From: Paraspadella gotoi
Lineage: Eukaryota > Animalia > Chaetognatha
DNA: 64,000 nt
Assembly (NCBI GenBank): GCA_051294375.1
Contig: CM119270.1
Coordinates: forward strand, 6,561,556-6,625,555
Reading direction: 5' to 3'
The position numbers were made by a program, and so were the translations under genes. Position 1 is the first letter of the stretch; every line of letters starts with the position of its first letter. A model generated the notes under the pieces. The model saw nothing but the letters and a program-made list of their open reading frames with translations, was not told where the DNA came from and made no database searches. Below, one piece after another: positions 61,425-64,000 of the stretch.

Positions 61425-63731
61425 TCTCTCTCTCTCTCGTAAACGCAAACCTTCTTCGATTTCCACGTTCAGCCTTCTTTGACTTCTGCTTCATTTATTT
61501 TAAGTCTCTGTTTCTGGCTATTCCTCTCTCCTCCTCTCTTCTCTCTCTCTCGTCCTCTCTCTCCTCCTCTCTTTCTCTTTCTTCTCCAATCTCCTCTCAT
61601 CTCTCTCTCTCTCTCTCTCCCTCTCTCTCCACGTGGGACAGAGTTATGATCGCGGTTCCGTACGACGGAGCCACTCCCTTCATGTTTTCTAATTACGCCA
61701 CGAAGAGAGAGGAAAGGAGGAAAGACCGAAAAGGAAAGAAATTTACAGTGAGAAAGGAATCGAAGAAAAGGAAAAAAAAANNNNNNNNNNNNNNNNNNNN
61801 NNNNNNNNNNNNNNNNNNNNNNNNNNNNNNNNNNNNNNNNNNNNNNNNNNNNNNNNNNNNNNNNNNNNNNNNNNNNNNNNNNNNNNNNNNNNNNNNNNNN
61901 NNNNNNNNNNNNNNNNNNNNNNNNNNNNNNNNNNNNNNNNNNNNNNNNNNNNNNNNNNNNNNNNNNNNNNNNNNNNNNNNNNNNNNNNNNNNNGGGGAAC
62001 GCTGAAGAGGACGGCGTGAATAGAGAGAAAATGGGATTGAGTGGAACTGCGACGGGACAGAACACGAGACAAAGTACAAAGATAAAAGGAAAACTGCGGG
62101 AGAGAAAGAAAGTTAAGATCGAGGACTGAATGCAAAAGCATCGGAACTTTCGTCATTGTTTCATTGTCAACCAAGTTTTTTGCAAAGGACAGAGAAAGTT
62201 TGTCTTTCTTTCCAAATGAACAAAATTCGTCAGAATCTATAAAACTCCCATCTCTCTTTTATATTTTCAAAAAACTTTTTTTTCAAAAATTATTTTTATT
62301 AAACTTATCTCTCTTCGGGGACATTTCTTCTTTTTACCCTGTTTATATTTTTTAGTTAGTGAAACAAGTTCACAATTTACACGAAAACTAAAAACTGAAA
62401 AACGAAACAAAAATTTTAAAAAAGTTTCTCGACTTCTTTCAAAAAATGTTTTGGACGATGAGGTGAAAAAAACATTTTCGCCGCGTCTTATTAAAAAACT
62501 GTTTNNNNNNNNNNNNNNNNNNNNNNNNNNNNNNNNNNNNNNNNNNNNNNNNNNNNNNNNNNNNNNNNNNNNNNNNNNNNNNNNNNNNNNNNNNNNNNNN
62601 NNNNNNNNNNNNNNNNNNNNNNNNNNNNNNNNNNNNNNNNNNNNNNNNNNNNNNNNNNNNNNNNNNNNNNNNNNNNNNNNNNNNNNNNNNNNNNNNNNNN
62701 TCTTTTTCTCCATTTGTTGCTCACCCAAACGTCGTCCTCGTTATCGTCGACATCGTCGTCGTCTTTTTCTCTCTTTTATTTTCTTTAACTTTTTTAATAT
62801 TTCGTTGTTCTTTTGTTGTTTTTTTTTTCTCGATTGTTGAATATTTGTCGAAGTACATACATGATTTAATTTCCAATACCCATGTCTATTAAAACAACCT
62901 TTTAAAGTTTCTTTTGATACTTTTAAAACTTTCAACAAATTATATACATATATGTTCTCTCTTGTTAAATATTTAACCCACTTGATCTTTTTTATAAATA
63001 TTTTTCTCTTAATTTTTTTGGATTCTTTTTTAATTTATTTCCCTTTTTTCGTAAATTCTAAACTTTTTCTCGCTCACCCATTTTTTTTCTTTTACCCTTC
63101 CTCTCATTTAAGTGAATCCTTTTTCCATCACATTTTTTTTAAAAATTCTCAATCTTCCCTTGATTTCCTTTCTCTTAATTGCTTCATTTCCTCCTTTATT
63201 TCTTTTTCTTATTTTTTTCCCTAAAAGTGGATCCCCTTTTTTTAATCGATCTTTTAAGTCGCATTTTTTATTCTCTTCTATTCTTTTACCCATCTTTTCC
63301 TTTCTTTCTCGCATCTTTTCCTTTCTTTCCTCATTTTCAGCTGAGTTGGCGATTTGTGACTCTTGCCTCTTTCATCGCTACACGAGTCAAATTTTTTTTT
63401 CATGTTTTTTTCTTCTTTTCTTTCTTTTCTTTTTTTTCGTCTCTGCCTTCATTTTTCTTCTTTTCTTTTCTTAAGCCCAGTTTTTTCTTTTGTTCCATTT
63501 CTATTTCTCGCCTTTTTTTGTTCCTTTAACTACTATTGTTATTCGGTGCCACTAAAGTCATTTTTTTTGTTTCTGCCTAAAATACTCATGACTTTTGTTT
63601 ACACATTTCTCTCGCTCTCTATCTCCTTTTTATCTCCTAACCCTGTATTTCTTTCTCCCCCTTATCTCTTTTCTATTTTTCCATTCCACGGACGGCGCAT
63701 TTCGCTCAATTAAGATGTAGATCGCAGCAAA

Positions 63732-63862
<131 letters not shown>

Positions 63863-64000
63863 ACTTTCTCATGCAAATTAAATCGCGAGGTTCATTTTCA
63901 GGAGAATCGCCGTTTAATCGGAAAGATCGCGTTTGCATCGTAGCGATCCTCCTTCTAACGGGCGATCGCTCTTTCATCTTCTCGATCGCTCTTTCATCCG

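Overview
AT-rich eukaryotic (invertebrate-like animal) draft-assembly sequence, dense in (CT)n/(GA)n microsatellites, with many N gaps and indel-ridden stretches. Nearly all ORF-track entries are microsatellite or gap translations. About 1-53 kb is a few segments repeated 2-4 times: an outer ~10.8-kb inverted repeat (9794-20572 vs 41983-52880), an inner ~2.8-kb inverted repeat (19461-22248 vs 25258-28073), a fold-back centred on the gap at 39522-39546, and direct duplicates (4856-9590 vs 22522-25257; 39547-41957 vs ~43350-45880). Seven gaps are exactly 25 N and copies differ mainly by small indels, so most of this architecture looks like long-read gap-filling artefact, though a real palindrome cannot be excluded from sequence alone. 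The unique centre (28.1-37.4 kb) hides two frameshifted coding units missed by the ORF track: spliced exons of a tensin SH2 domain on + (30606-31329) with no recognisable PTB exons downstream, and a convergent minus-strand unit with a ~3-kb low-complexity exon (35810-32073). The right end holds a Helentron/DINE-1-like non-autonomous element with an 88-bp higher-order repeat. I found no CRISPR, rRNA, tRNA or prokaryotic features, and no convincing novel biological system.
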